Shown here: one piece after another, positions 8,701 through 19,389 of the stretch
Numbering within the stretch: position 1 is the stretch's first letter
How the letters are laid out: every line of letters starts with the position of its first letter
NCBI GenBank assembly: GCA_963663865.1
Contig: OY760686.1
Location: 1,216,001-1,280,000 of the forward strand
Origin: Spirochaetota bacterium
Lineage (GTDB): Bacteria; Spirochaetota; UBA4802; UBA5550
Length of the DNA stretch: 64,000 bases
Direction of reading: 5' to 3'
Program-made: the position numbers and the translations under genes
The notes under the pieces: model-generated
What the model saw: only the letters and a program-made list of their open reading frames with translations
Database searches by the model: none
What the model was told of the DNA's origin: nothing

Positions 8701-9747
8701 ATGGGTGACGGCTCATTATCTCAAGATGAAATTGATGCTCTTTTACAGGGGGCTGACGACATAGGTTCAATGGGTGCCGCTCAGGGCCCGGCCGATACAG
8801 GTTCGGCCTCGGGTTCGCTTTCCATGAGCGATCAGGCGGTTCTGCGTGATGCTCTTAATGGAATAGCCGGGGCGGTCGCTCCTTCTCTCTCCGGATATCT
8901 CGGCGGGAAGAACCTGATAATATCAAATCCCGTGATTGATGTAAGGCAGAGGGATGCCCTTGTCAGGGACTTTTCAGGCCGTTTTGTTCAGATATCAATG
9001 GACTATTCCGGCAGAGCGAACGGGAAGAACCTGGTTGTGTTCAAATTTCCTGACGCCGGCGTAATTTCCTCGCTTATGATGGGTGATGAGTCAGGCATGT
9101 CTCCTGAAACCCTTACTGAGGCGCATCAGAGTACCATTCAGGAGTTTACTAATCAGTTTTTATCGACCGTTGCAACCCAGTTCGGCACAAGACTCGGCGG
9201 CGGAATCAGCACCACTCCCGCGGCTGTTTCAATAGTTGAAGATCCCTCAGAGCTGCAGATACCTTACGGCGAAGCAGTGAGGGTTACATACGATTTCGCG
9301 ATACAGGGTATTCTTACTTCCAAGCTTTATCATTTTATGGATGCCGGCCTCGCGTCGACTCTGGTCCGTTCTGGCGCCTCACAACAGCAGGCACAGCAGC
9401 AGTTTGCTCCACAGCAGGGGCAGCAGGTAGGAATAAGCCCGGTTAAATTTCCTCCGCTCGATGAGAGGGGAATTCAGTCGTCGGTGGGAGACATCTCTAT
9501 TCTGCTTGATGTTCCTATGACGCTTACTGTAGAGCTTGGCCGAACGTCAAAGCTTGTGCAGGAAATATTAGGGCTTGGAGAGGGATCCATTATTGAGCTC
9601 GATAAGCTCGCAGGTGAGCCCGTTGATCTTCTTGTTAACGGAAAGCTTATAGCGAAGGGCGAGGTTGTTGTAATCGACGAGAATTTCGGTGTCAGGGTAA
9701 CCGATATTGTCAGTCCCGATCAGAGGCTCACAAGTCTGAACGGCTGA
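8701..9747 (+). CDS. fliY: Flagellar switch protein FliY (CheC-like plus FliN domain)
   Basis: LSQDEIDALL CheY-P-binding peptide, CheC-like middle, SPOA LLDVPMTLTVELG...GEVVVIDENFGVRV. Confidence 0.92.
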   Translation: MGDGSLSQDEIDALLQGADDIGSMGAAQGPADTGSASGSLSMSDQAVLRDALNGIAGAVAPSLSGYLGGKNLIISNPVIDVRQRDALVRDFSGRFVQISMDYSGRANGKNLVVFKFPDAGVISSLMMGDESGMSPETLTEAHQSTIQEFTNQFLSTVATQFGTRLGGGISTTPAAVSIVEDPSELQIPYGEAVRVTYDFAIQGILTSKLYHFMDAGLASTLVRSGASQQQAQQQFAPQQGQQVGISPVKFPPLDERGIQSSVGDISILLDVPMTLTVELGRTSKLVQEILGLGEGSIIELDKLAGEPVDLLVNGKLIAKGEVVVIDENFGVRVTDIVSPDQRLTSLNG

Positions 9748-9755
9748 TTGGACAA

Positions 9756-10541
9756 ATGGAAATAATGGTTAAAGGGCACTATATAATGAGACATAATAAA
9801 AAAAGCCGCCTGATATACGCCGCGCTTTTTGTTCTGTGCGTGTTTTTGGCCGCAGGTTCGGTCTACGCAGCGGCAGATGCCGGAGCCGCGGGTTCAAAAA
9901 AAGATGCGGGTTCACATCAACCCCCCAAAAAAAATTCCGTAAAGGATCCAGTTAAGGTTAAGTCAGATGAGACCGGAGAAAAGGCCGGTGAGACAGGGCT
10001 TATTTCAAAAGAATACACTGAAAACGATTTCAGACCAAAGCCTGACGACGGTTCTCTCGTCTGGAGCTTTATTAAAACTCTTATCGTTCTCGCGGTGCTG
10101 ATAGCGGTGTTTTATTACTTCTTCAGATTTATGTCAAAGAAGACCGGCACTGCCTTCAGAGGAGATGCCTCGGCCAGGGTTCTTTCGGCTGTCCCGCTTG
10201 GTCAGAACAAGAGTCTGCAGGTTGTTGATATCGGCGGAAGGATCCTCATAATCGGAGTATCGGACGGAAGCGTAAATCTCATCACAGAAATAACTGACAG
10301 AGATGAAATAAACAGAATGAGGGTTAACCTCCCCTCTGAGTCAACAGCAAGTCACGGCTCCTTCAATGAGATGCTCAGACGTTACGCGGGCAGGATGATT
10401 GACAGGATAAACGATAAGAAAACTACGCAGTCACGGCATAAAGAAACAGAGTGGAACCATGATTCCGGGATAGACATGAGCTATCTCAAAGCGCAGAGAA
10501 AGAGGCTTCGAAAGATGGACGGCGGTGACGATGAAGATTAA
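9756..10541 (+). CDS. fliO: Flagellar biosynthesis protein FliO/FliZ
   Basis: TM followed by VPLGQNKSLQVVDIGGRILIIGVSDGSVNLITEI; sits between fliY and fliP. Confidence 0.88.
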   Translation: MEIMVKGHYIMRHNKKSRLIYAALFVLCVFLAAGSVYAAADAGAAGSKKDAGSHQPPKKNSVKDPVKVKSDETGEKAGETGLISKEYTENDFRPKPDDGSLVWSFIKTLIVLAVLIAVFYYFFRFMSKKTGTAFRGDASARVLSAVPLGQNKSLQVVDIGGRILIIGVSDGSVNLITEITDRDEINRMRVNLPSESTASHGSFNEMLRRYAGRMIDRINDKKTTQSRHKETEWNHDSGIDMSYLKAQRKRLRKMDGGDDED

Positions 10542-11292
10542 GCACTTTGCCATAATTGCAATCCTGATGGCTGTTGCATTTCCTGCCGCACTGCATGCGC
10601 AGGCGGGCGGCGTTCAAATGCCTATACCTAAAATAGCTTTTGATATTGAGGCTGCCCGTTCCCCGAGGGATGTCGCGCTCAGCCTTCAGATTCTGTTTTT
10701 GCTGACTATACTGACCCTCGCGCCTTCAATTATTTTGATGACGACTTCGTTTACAAGGGTGGTCATTGTCCTTGATTTTGTAAAGAGGGCATTGTCTCTT
10801 CAGCAGATGCCGCCAAACCAGGTGATTGTCGGCCTCGCTCTTTTTCTGACCGGCTTTATTATGGCTCCGACTCTCGGCGAGATAAATGAGAAGGCGCTTC
10901 AGCCCTATCTCGGCGGAAAGATATCCAATGAACAGTTTTTTGACCGGGGGATGAAGCCTTTACGTGAGTTTATGTTCAAGCAGACGAGAGAGAAGGATAT
11001 TGCTCTGTTCATTAATCTTGCTAAGATTGAGAAGCCAGCCACCAGGGATGACGTGCCCACATATTGTCTAATCCCGGCTTTTATGATAAGCGAGTTGACC
11101 AGAGCCTTTGAGATAGGCGTGTATCTGTTTATCCCATTTATTGTAATCGATATGATAGTGGCGAGTGTTCTCATGGCAATGGGGATGATAATGCTCCCTC
11201 CGGTAATGATCTCTTTGCCCTTTAAGCTGATTCTTTTCATTCTTGTCGACGGATGGAACCTTATAGCTTACGAACTAGTCAGGTCGTTTTGA
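10531..11292 (+). CDS. fliP: Flagellar export apparatus FliP
   Basis: MTTSFTR, QQMPPNQV, PAFMISEL, LPFKLILFILVDGW. Confidence 0.97.
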   Translation: MKIKHFAIIAILMAVAFPAALHAQAGGVQMPIPKIAFDIEAARSPRDVALSLQILFLLTILTLAPSIILMTTSFTRVVIVLDFVKRALSLQQMPPNQVIVGLALFLTGFIMAPTLGEINEKALQPYLGGKISNEQFFDRGMKPLREFMFKQTREKDIALFINLAKIEKPATRDDVPTYCLIPAFMISELTRAFEIGVYLFIPFIVIDMIVASVLMAMGMIMLPPVMISLPFKLILFILVDGWNLIAYELVRSF

Positions 11293-11334
11293 CGGAACGC
11301 TCCCGGAAACTGAGGGTGCTTAATTTAGCTGGAT

Positions 11335-11619
11335 ATGGTGAAACGCATGAATGAACTTGTAGTAATTAAACTTTTAAGGGATTCGCTTTTAACGACACTT
11401 ATTATTTCGGCTCCCATACTCGGGGCTGGAATGATTATCGGACTGATTGTCGCTATCTTCCAGACGACTACTTCTATTCAGGAGCAGACTTTGACCTTTG
11501 TTCCGAAGATCGTTGCCATTTTTTTCACAATCATTTTGTTCGCGTCGTGGATTATCAGAATGCTGGTGAATTACTCGTATACTGTATTTGAAATGATAGA
11601 GAAGACTGGAGTAAAATGA
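11335..11619 (+). CDS. fliQ: Flagellar export apparatus FliQ
   Basis: FQTTTSIQEQTLTFVPK. Confidence 0.96.
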   Translation: MVKRMNELVVIKLLRDSLLTTLIISAPILGAGMIIGLIVAIFQTTTSIQEQTLTFVPKIVAIFFTIILFASWIIRMLVNYSYTVFEMIEKTGVK

Positions 11620-12401
11620 CATACTTCGTATATAACTTTCAGATTTTTTTGCTGGTCCTTGTCAGGATGAACGCGATGTTTACCATTGCGCCTTTCTTTT
11701 CCAGCGGAGTTGTCCCGGGAAGACTGCGGGTGATGCTTTCTTTTCTTATAACTCTCATTATTTTTCCTACGGTATCGGCAAAGGGGATGGTGCTTCCTGA
11801 CGGGATGTCAGGCTATTACCTGCTTGTACTTAAAGAAGCAGTTATAGGCCTCTATATTGGATTTCTTGCGGGCGTTGTGTTCGCAGCTTTTCAGCTTGCT
11901 GCTCAGTACTTTGCCCCTCAGATGGGTTTCAGTATAAATGAGGTGTTTGATCCTCTTTCCCAGATATCTATACCTGTGATTGGTCAGCTTTTTAATCTTG
12001 TCGGGCTTCTCGTTTTTATCGCAATTAACGGTCATCACTTTCTCGTTCAGGCATTATACAGATCTTATGAACTAGCGCCGGCAATAATACCTACCACGGG
12101 CTTTATGGGAAAGCTGTTTGATTATATTCTCTACTCATTCGGCGGAATGTTTATTGTGGCGCTTAAAATTTCGCTGCCCATACTGGGCGTACTATTTCTC
12201 ATGTCGGTCAGCATGGGAGTCCTTGCCAAAGCAGCTCCTCAGATGAATATTATGATGATGGGACTGCCCCTTAATGTTGCAGTTGGATTCGGTCTGCTTA
12301 TTCTAACTACGCCAGTTATTGTAAAGGTTATGCAGGTTGCTCTCGAACGTTCATTCAGCTTTATTACCGGTGTGCTGCATCACTGGCCGGCGGGTACATG
12401 A
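11616..12401 (+). CDS. fliR: Flagellar export apparatus FliR
   Basis: Multi-TM, QMGFS..FDP, NGHH, KAAPQMNI. Confidence 0.95.
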   Translation: MTYFVYNFQIFLLVLVRMNAMFTIAPFFSSGVVPGRLRVMLSFLITLIIFPTVSAKGMVLPDGMSGYYLLVLKEAVIGLYIGFLAGVVFAAFQLAAQYFAPQMGFSINEVFDPLSQISIPVIGQLFNLVGLLVFIAINGHHFLVQALYRSYELAPAIIPTTGFMGKLFDYILYSFGGMFIVALKISLPILGVLFLMSVSMGVLAKAAPQMNIMMMGLPLNVAVGFGLLILTTPVIVKVMQVALERSFSFITGVLHHWPAGT

Positions 12402-13564
12402 TGAGCTATTTTGATAACATTCAGCTGAAGCTCTATCCTGCAAGCTGCTATGCGCCGGCTGTCAGCTTTGATCTGCAGCTCTTTGCTTCTCCTGAGGATG
12501 AGGGCAGGACTGAAGAGCCTACTGAAAAAAGGATTAGGGACGCGCGCGAAAAGGGGCAGGTTGCCAAGTCGCAGGAGCTGGGGCAGACCCTTGTCGTCAT
12601 TAGTTCCATAATGATAATATTTGCTTTTGGAGGATGGATTCTTGAATCGCTGGCTGAGATAACAAAATACTTTTTATCTTCATTCTCTACATACCGGGTA
12701 ACTGAGAGAAGGGTTATCACGGATTTTTATTTTATTCTGTACGAATCCGGGAAAGTGGTGCTGCCGGTCTTCGCCATATCGGTCTTTGCAGCGGTAGCTG
12801 GAAACCTGATGCAGGTCGGGTTCATGTTTACGACTCATCCACTTAAGGTTAACTGGAGCAAATTAAAATTCGATCCGGCTACTATAATGAAAAAAGTCCT
12901 GTTTTCAAAGCAGGTCGGCATGAACCTTGTTAAATCTCTTTTCAAGGTTGGGGCTATAGGCTTTGTAGCTTATCTGGTTATTATGGGAGATATTGATGAT
13001 ATTCTTAAAACTCCCGATCTTTCTATAGGCGCCGCCTTGCATATTATACTCATGAGCGGTTTTAAGATTATTGTATGGACCTCTGTTCTGCTTTTGATTA
13101 TGTCAGTACCAGATTACTTTTTTCAAAAAAAAGAGCTGATGGAGTCTCTGAAGATGACCAAACAGCAGCTGAAAGAAGAGTATAAAGAAAGCCAGGGGGA
13201 TCCTCATGTGAGAGCGAGACTCAGGGAGATGCAGAGAAACATTGTCATGAAGAATATGATACGGGAAGTCCCAAAAGCTGACGTGGTCGTTACGAATCCT
13301 ACTCATTATGCTGTTGCTCTTAAATATGACAGCAGCACAATGGAAGCACCTACCGTAATAGCAAAGGGAGTCGACAGCATGGCTCTGAGGATAAGGCAGA
13401 CTGCTAACGAGAATGGCGTTGTAATGATAGAAAACCGTCCTCTTGCGCAACGGCTGTATAAGGATGTTGAAGTAGGAGACATAATACCTGTTGAACTGTT
13501 TCAGGCTGTGACACTGGTTTATGCTGAGCTTTACAAGAGAAGAGAAGCAAAAAGGGCAATTTGA
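12398..13564 (+). CDS. flhB: Flagellar export switch FlhB
   Basis: DLQLFA, TEEPTEKR, GDPHVRAR, NPTH autocleavage motif. Confidence 0.97.
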   Translation: MMSYFDNIQLKLYPASCYAPAVSFDLQLFASPEDEGRTEEPTEKRIRDAREKGQVAKSQELGQTLVVISSIMIIFAFGGWILESLAEITKYFLSSFSTYRVTERRVITDFYFILYESGKVVLPVFAISVFAAVAGNLMQVGFMFTTHPLKVNWSKLKFDPATIMKKVLFSKQVGMNLVKSLFKVGAIGFVAYLVIMGDIDDILKTPDLSIGAALHIILMSGFKIIVWTSVLLLIMSVPDYFFQKKELMESLKMTKQQLKEEYKESQGDPHVRARLREMQRNIVMKNMIREVPKADVVVTNPTHYAVALKYDSSTMEAPTVIAKGVDSMALRIRQTANENGVVMIENRPLAQRLYKDVEVGDIIPVELFQAVTLVYAELYKRREAKRAI

Positions 13565-13584
13565 AATTAGGGTGAGATATTAGT

Positions 13585-15672
13585 ATGTCAGACAAAAAGA
13601 ATCAGTTAAATCTTTCCTGGATGAACAGGTCAGATCTTCTTACGGGATTGGGAATTATTTCTGTTGTGGCAATGCTTATTATTCCTCTTCCCACGTTTAT
13701 GCTCGATTTTCTGATGGCGATTAATATAACTATTGGACTGCTCGTGCTGATGATAGTAATGTTTATTCACCGTTCATTTGATTTTTCTATATTCCCGTCA
13801 TTGCTTCTGATAACGACAATTTTCCGGCTTGCTTTGAACATTTCGTCAACAAGGCTGATTCTGATGCAGGGGTCAGCGTTTGACGGGAAAATTATAAAAA
13901 CATTCGGTGAGTTTGTTGTCGGTGGTAATTATGTTATCGGATTTATAATCTTTATTATCCTGGTAGCCGTTCAGTTCATTGTTATCACAAAAGGAGCGAC
14001 CAGGACTTCTGAGGTTGCTGCAAGATTTACCCTTGATGCCATGCCCGGTAAGCAGATGAGTATTGATTCCGATCTCGCCAATGGCATGATAAATGAAGAG
14101 GAGGCCCGCAGACGGAGGGATGAAATCAGGAAGGAAGCTGATTTCTACGGGACAATGGATGGTGCTTCAAAATTCGTCCAGGGCGATGTTAAAGTCGGTA
14201 TACTGATAACGCTTATTAATATTATCGGCGGATTCATGGTTGGGATGCTTGTGCATGGCGAGTCGTTCGACGTGGCAATTAAGACATATACTTTGCTGAG
14301 TATAGGAGATGGACTTGTCGCGCAGATCCCGTCGCTGCTCATTACAACCGCAACAGGTATAATTGTTACCCGTGCGGTTTCAGATAATAATATGGGAGAT
14401 CAGATTGCTGAGCAGGTCGGATCTCAGCCAAGAGCTATGTATATTACGGCAGGGGCCCTTGGGGCATGCGTTCTTATACCGGGTTTTCCAAAGATATCAT
14501 TGATACTTATATCAGCGGGAATGGCTTCTATGGGATATGTTCTTTCAGCTGCAAAGAAAGAAAAGACTGAACAGGAAGCCAGGGAGGTCGAACAGGCTTC
14601 AATGAAAGAAAAGAAACCAGAGTCTGTATTGCCTCTCATACAGGTTGATCCTCTCGCGGTGGAGATAGGATACAACTTGATACCCCTTGTTGACCCCGAT
14701 CAGGGCGGTACTCTTCTCGACAGGATAACGAACATCAGAAGACGGAGTGCCCTTGATATGGGACTGGTTGTTCCTCCTGTCCGTATAAGAGATAATATGG
14801 AGCTTGAGCCGGAAGCATACTCCATTCTGATAAAGGGGGTTGAGGTTGGAAGTTCCAGGCTTCAGGTAGGAAGGCTTATGGCTATGGATTCGGGTGAAGT
14901 ATCCGATAAAATAGAAGGTGTCGAGTTTGTTGAGCCTGTATTTGGATTAAATGCCATTTGGATAGAAACTGAAATGAGGGATCTGGCTGAAAGCCGCGGT
15001 TATATGGTAGTTGACTGCCCCTCAATAATAGCGACTCACTTAACCGAATTGATCAAGAAACATGCTGATGAAATACTGGGCAGGCAGGAAGTTAAGCAGC
15101 TAATTGACAATCTCAAGGCAGAATACTCAGCGGTTATTGATGAGGTTCAGGAGAAAAAAATCGCCGTTGGAGACATTCAGAAAATTCTTCAGAACCTTCT
15201 GCGGGAAAGGGTCTCAATCAGAAACATGCTTACAATCATGGAAACAGTAGCCAGCTATTCAGATTATACCCGCGATACAGGGACTTTAACGGAATATGTC
15301 CGCTCAGCTCTTTCGAGACAGATAACAAGGGACTATCTGGATTCAAACCAGATGCTCAATGTTATTACAGTTGATCCTGAGATTGAAAGCATAATCCGAA
15401 ATTCCATTCATGATGATCCGGTCGAGGGACGAATTGTTGCAATGGATCCTGAGACACACGGCCTGGTTACAGGATCTCTGGTAGAAGCATTTAAAAAGGC
15501 CAGAAATGGAGGATTTACGCCGGTTTATCTGGTTTCTCCGCAGGTGAGGAGTTTAATTTTTACAATGCTGGAAAGGGAAATACCTGTTCCGGTAGTTATT
15601 TCATATAATGAAATTAACAGCAGCGTCAAGGTAAATGTAGTAGCGTCCGCTTTAATGACATCGGCGGCATAA
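13585..15672 (+). CDS. flhA: Flagellar export gate FlhA
   Basis: FPSLLLITT, EVAARFTLDAMPGKQMSID, FYGTMDGASKFV. Confidence 0.98.
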   Translation: MSDKKNQLNLSWMNRSDLLTGLGIISVVAMLIIPLPTFMLDFLMAINITIGLLVLMIVMFIHRSFDFSIFPSLLLITTIFRLALNISSTRLILMQGSAFDGKIIKTFGEFVVGGNYVIGFIIFIILVAVQFIVITKGATRTSEVAARFTLDAMPGKQMSIDSDLANGMINEEEARRRRDEIRKEADFYGTMDGASKFVQGDVKVGILITLINIIGGFMVGMLVHGESFDVAIKTYTLLSIGDGLVAQIPSLLITTATGIIVTRAVSDNNMGDQIAEQVGSQPRAMYITAGALGACVLIPGFPKISLILISAGMASMGYVLSAAKKEKTEQEAREVEQASMKEKKPESVLPLIQVDPLAVEIGYNLIPLVDPDQGGTLLDRITNIRRRSALDMGLVVPPVRIRDNMELEPEAYSILIKGVEVGSSRLQVGRLMAMDSGEVSDKIEGVEFVEPVFGLNAIWIETEMRDLAESRGYMVVDCPSIIATHLTELIKKHADEILGRQEVKQLIDNLKAEYSAVIDEVQEKKIAVGDIQKILQNLLRERVSIRNMLTIMETVASYSDYTRDTGTLTEYVRSALSRQITRDYLDSNQMLNVITVDPEIESIIRNSIHDDPVEGRIVAMDPETHGLVTGSLVEAFKKARNGGFTPVYLVSPQVRSLIFTMLEREIPVPVVISYNEINSSVKVNVVASALMTSAA

Positions 15673-15720
15673 TATAATTAACCTCAATGGTTAACTATCC
15701 TGACTGAAAGGAGTAATGAT

Positions 15721-17049
15721 ATGAAGTACGTAAAAATCAAGGCAGAGAATTATAAAGAAGCGATGATGAAGCTTAAAACACAGTATGGAAATGATGCTAT
15801 TCCAATCAGCCACAAGTATGTGAAGGAGGGCGGAATCCTGAGTTCACGCCTTTTTGCCAGGACGGTCGTGGAAGTTACTGCAGGCGTGCATGAGAAAAAA
15901 ATACCCGCAAGGTCTAATGCAGCCAGCGGAAGGTTTGATGTCCTGGTTGGCGAACAGGAGCTGCCTGGTACCCGCATGTCATCCAGGGGCGCGGGGGATA
16001 ATAGAGAATCCCGGAATTCAGAAGTAACAGTTGATAAGCTTGTGAAAAGTATAGACAGTCTAAATGACAGTCTTGGCGGTGTTAAAAGACAGCAGCCGGC
16101 AGGTAAGGACGCATCAGAGCATTCCGAAGAGAATTTTTCATTGACTGGAAGAGCAAGCACAAAATTTGAGAAGGAATTCAGCGAATTGAAGGATACTTTA
16201 AATAAACTCCTTGCTGGTCAGGAGCAGAAAACCGTGAATTCAGTTAAGGAAAGCGAAGAGCCTGCGCTGAAAAAATTCTATGATCTTCTCAGGCGAAACG
16301 ATTTCGACAGAGATGAAAGAGCTCAAATAATGAAAGAAGTAAGGCATTCAGTTAGCCGGGACGATGTCCGTGATGAATACAAGATTGAAAAAAGCCTGAA
16401 GGAGCTTCTAAAAAGTCGAATCGTAACAACTGGCCCGATTGAAATGAAAGGGAAGAAAATAATAATGTTTGTAGGTCCCACCGGAGTCGGGAAAACAACT
16501 ACAATTGCTAAACTGGGGGCACTTCATTCTCTCCGGGAGGGGAAGAAGGTCGTTTTCATCACAATAGACAATTACAGGATTGCTGCTACTGAGCAGCTCA
16601 AGAAGTACGCGGAGATAATGAAAATTCCAGTATATGCAATCAACGACCAGAAGGAGTTTAAATCCGTGATCTCCAGAGAAAAGGCTGATCTGATTCTTGT
16701 TGATACATCCGGCAGAAGCCATCGTAACCAGCTTAAGATAGCGGAGATGAAAAGCTATGCTGATTCCATAGAATATGATTTTGAAAAAATACTCTGTGTC
16801 AGCGCGAATACAAAAAAAGATGATCTTCATGATGTTTTCCGGGCATTTGATATTATGAATTTTGACAGTATAGTGATCACAAAAGTTGACGAAACATCTT
16901 TTATTGGGAATGTTGTAGATATTGCCGATAAGTATCACAAGCCCATATCATATTTTACGAACGGCCAGGAAGTGCCCAATGACATTGAGGTCGCCGAATC
17001 GGGCAGGATAGTTGATATGATGATCGGGGATATCAACAAACAGGTGTAA
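15721..17049 (+). CDS. flhF: SRP-family GTPase FlhF
   Basis: GPTGVGKTTTIAKL, DTSGRS, TKVDET, GQEVPNDI. Confidence 0.96.
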   Translation: MKYVKIKAENYKEAMMKLKTQYGNDAIPISHKYVKEGGILSSRLFARTVVEVTAGVHEKKIPARSNAASGRFDVLVGEQELPGTRMSSRGAGDNRESRNSEVTVDKLVKSIDSLNDSLGGVKRQQPAGKDASEHSEENFSLTGRASTKFEKEFSELKDTLNKLLAGQEQKTVNSVKESEEPALKKFYDLLRRNDFDRDERAQIMKEVRHSVSRDDVRDEYKIEKSLKELLKSRIVTTGPIEMKGKKIIMFVGPTGVGKTTTIAKLGALHSLREGKKVVFITIDNYRIAATEQLKKYAEIMKIPVYAINDQKEFKSVISREKADLILVDTSGRSHRNQLKIAEMKSYADSIEYDFEKILCVSANTKKDDLHDVFRAFDIMNFDSIVITKVDETSFIGNVVDIADKYHKPISYFTNGQEVPNDIEVAESGRIVDMMIGDINKQV

Positions 17050-17060
17050 GGAGGTCCCGG

Positions 17061-17939
17061 GTGGATCAAGCTGCAAACCTCAGGAGGCTGGTCCTCGAAA
17101 AGGGGACAGGCGCTAAAAAAACGAGAATAATAGCCATAACAAGCGGAAAGGGGGGGGTCGGAAAGACAAGCCTTGCCGTCGGTCTGGCCATATCCATGGC
17201 AAGGAAGGGAGCTTCTGTCACTCTTCTTGATGCAGATCTTGGATTAGCGAATATTAACGTCATATTGGGCATTATCCCCAAATATAACCTCTATCACGTT
17301 ATAAAAGGTAAAAAAAAGCTCAGGGATATTGTGATAAATGTGCCGGAGGGTATAAAGATAATAGCTGGGGCTTCCGGTTTCCATCAGCTTGCCAACCTGG
17401 AACCCCGCCAGCGGACGGAGTTTATTGAGGCAATGGGCGAGCTTGAGGCTGACGATTATCTTATTATTGATACCGGGGCGGGCGTTTCCCAGAATGTTAT
17501 GAGCTTTGTTTTAGCCGCAGATGAAATAGTTGTTGTCACAACTCCTGAACCGACGGCTATAACTGATGCTTACGGCATAATCAAGTCAATTGCAGCTCAA
17601 TCCTCGGATAAAATTATCAGGTTGATTGTAAATAGAGCTCAGTCAGTTTCCGAAGGCAACAGAGTCGCTCAGCGTGTAATTAGTATAGCAGGGCAGTTTT
17701 TGAATATCAAGGTTGAGAGTCTTGGCTTTGTGTTTGAAGATCCAAGTGTGCCCAGGTCCGTAAGAAACCAGAAGCCCTTTGTAGTGAGCTTCCCCAAGTC
17801 GAAAGCGTCCGGCTGTGTTTCTATTATTTCTGACAGAATCTGTGACAGAGTCGTGGAAGATGCTAAAAACGGGGGCCTTGTGGGGTTTGTCAAAAGGCTT
17901 GTTTCCGGTAATGCGGGAAAAAATGACGAAGAAGAATGA
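17061..17939 (+). CDS. flhG: MinD-like ATPase FlhG/FleN
   Basis: DQAANLR, SGKGGVGKT, DADLGLAN, PEPTAITDAY. Confidence 0.95.
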   Translation: MDQAANLRRLVLEKGTGAKKTRIIAITSGKGGVGKTSLAVGLAISMARKGASVTLLDADLGLANINVILGIIPKYNLYHVIKGKKKLRDIVINVPEGIKIIAGASGFHQLANLEPRQRTEFIEAMGELEADDYLIIDTGAGVSQNVMSFVLAADEIVVVTTPEPTAITDAYGIIKSIAAQSSDKIIRLIVNRAQSVSEGNRVAQRVISIAGQFLNIKVESLGFVFEDPSVPRSVRNQKPFVVSFPKSKASGCVSIISDRICDRVVEDAKNGGLVGFVKRLVSGNAGKNDEEE

Positions 17940-18032
17940 CCGAGTCAGGGAAAATAACTTGATTTGTATGATTAAAGATATATTTTGTGAAATGTCATGC
18001 TTACGGAGGCTATGTTTCTGTAGGATAATGCG

Positions 18033-18569
18033 ATGATGAATTTGAGTGAAATAAAAATTGAATACAGGTTTTCGGCTGTGTTTGCCGCGCTCTCTTTTGT
18101 CTTTTCTCTTGCAATAGGATTGATTGCGGGAATTGATGTCTCGGTTGTGGTAGTACGCACTATCTTTTCTGTTGTGATTTTCGGTTTGCTTGGTTATGCT
18201 GCGGCTTTTGTGCTCAGCAAATATGTCCCGGAGGTTTTGAGTCTTATCAGATCCTCGGATTCTGAAGAAATTGACATTTTACCGGAGAGTGGGCTTGGCG
18301 GTGCGGCTGATTCTGAAACAGCTGATGAAAGCACAGGAGCTTTCTCTGAGATGGATGAAAGTTCTCTGCCGAGAGTTGAGAGGTCGACGAACCAGGGCTT
18401 CGAGGATAGTCTTAATGATGATTTGGGCTCATTCTCATCACGAAGCGGCGTTGATCCTGCAGGAGGAAAGCTGGGGAAGCATATTATTTCCGAAGACAAA
18501 AAATTTAAGTACGAACCAAAGCTGATGGCACAGGCTGTAAGGACTATGATGCGAAAGGATGTGGATTAA
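18033..18569 (+). CDS. Hypothetical membrane protein (two TM helices plus acidic tail) between flhG and fliA
   Basis: Hydrophobic N-terminus, acidic linker, conserved-looking PKLMAQAVRTMM end; operon position. Confidence 0.75.
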   Translation: MMNLSEIKIEYRFSAVFAALSFVFSLAIGLIAGIDVSVVVVRTIFSVVIFGLLGYAAAFVLSKYVPEVLSLIRSSDSEEIDILPESGLGGAADSETADESTGAFSEMDESSLPRVERSTNQGFEDSLNDDLGSFSSRSGVDPAGGKLGKHIISEDKKFKYEPKLMAQAVRTMMRKDVD

Positions 18570-18587
18570 TTTCCAGGAATAGCGATT

Positions 18588-19388
18588 ATGAATAATAAAA
18601 AATTTTTAGAACTGGATGCCGTCGGAGAGGAAAAGCTCTGGGAAAACTACATTTCTTCACAGGAACAGAATATCCGTGATTATTTTGTAATTAAATACGC
18701 GCCACTTGTGAAATACGTAGCCGGTAAAGTTTCAATGGGGATGCCCCAGAACATAGAGTTTGATGATCTCGTGTCGTACGGTGTTTTCGGGCTGCTTGAT
18801 GCTATTGGGAAATTTGACCCTGCGCGAGGGATAAAGTTCAAAACTTATGCCATGACTCGTATTAGAGGCGCAATTTTCGATGAGCTGAGATCAATCGATT
18901 GGATTCCGAGGTCTATCCGGCAAAAGGCAAAACAGGTTGAACTGGTTATATCCGAACTTGAAAACAAGCTGGGAAGAACTGTTGAGGATGACGAAATTGC
19001 TCAGGAGATGGGTATTTCAAGTGAGGAGTTCCAGTCACTTCTTAACAAGCTTACCGGAACATCAATGCTCTCACTCAATGATATCTGGTATATGGGCGAT
19101 GAAAATGATGAGCTTTCTATACTTGAGACACTTGAAGCTCCGGAGAGCATGAACCCTGACATCCTGATTGAAAAAGAAGAGATTCGCGATTATATAATTG
19201 ATGCAATTAAAAAACTTCCAGAAAAGGAAAAAAAAGTAATAGTACTCTATTACTATGAGGACTTGACACTCAAAGAAATAGGAGAGGTCCTTGATGTAAC
19301 CGAGAGCAGGGTTTCACAGCTTCATACAAAGGCGATTATGAGGCTCAGAGGAAGGCTGGGCAGAATAAAATCGAATATAGTTGGTTAG
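18588..19388 (+). CDS. fliA: Flagellar sigma factor sigma28 (FliA/WhiG)
   Basis: [43 protein letters not shown]. Confidence 0.96.
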   Translation: MNNKKFLELDAVGEEKLWENYISSQEQNIRDYFVIKYAPLVKYVAGKVSMGMPQNIEFDDLVSYGVFGLLDAIGKFDPARGIKFKTYAMTRIRGAIFDELRSIDWIPRSIRQKAKQVELVISELENKLGRTVEDDEIAQEMGISSEEFQSLLNKLTGTSMLSLNDIWYMGDENDELSILETLEAPESMNPDILIEKEEIRDYIIDAIKKLPEKEKKVIVLYYYEDLTLKEIGEVLDVTESRVSQLHTKAIMRLRGRLGRIKSNIVG

Positions 19389-19389
19389 A

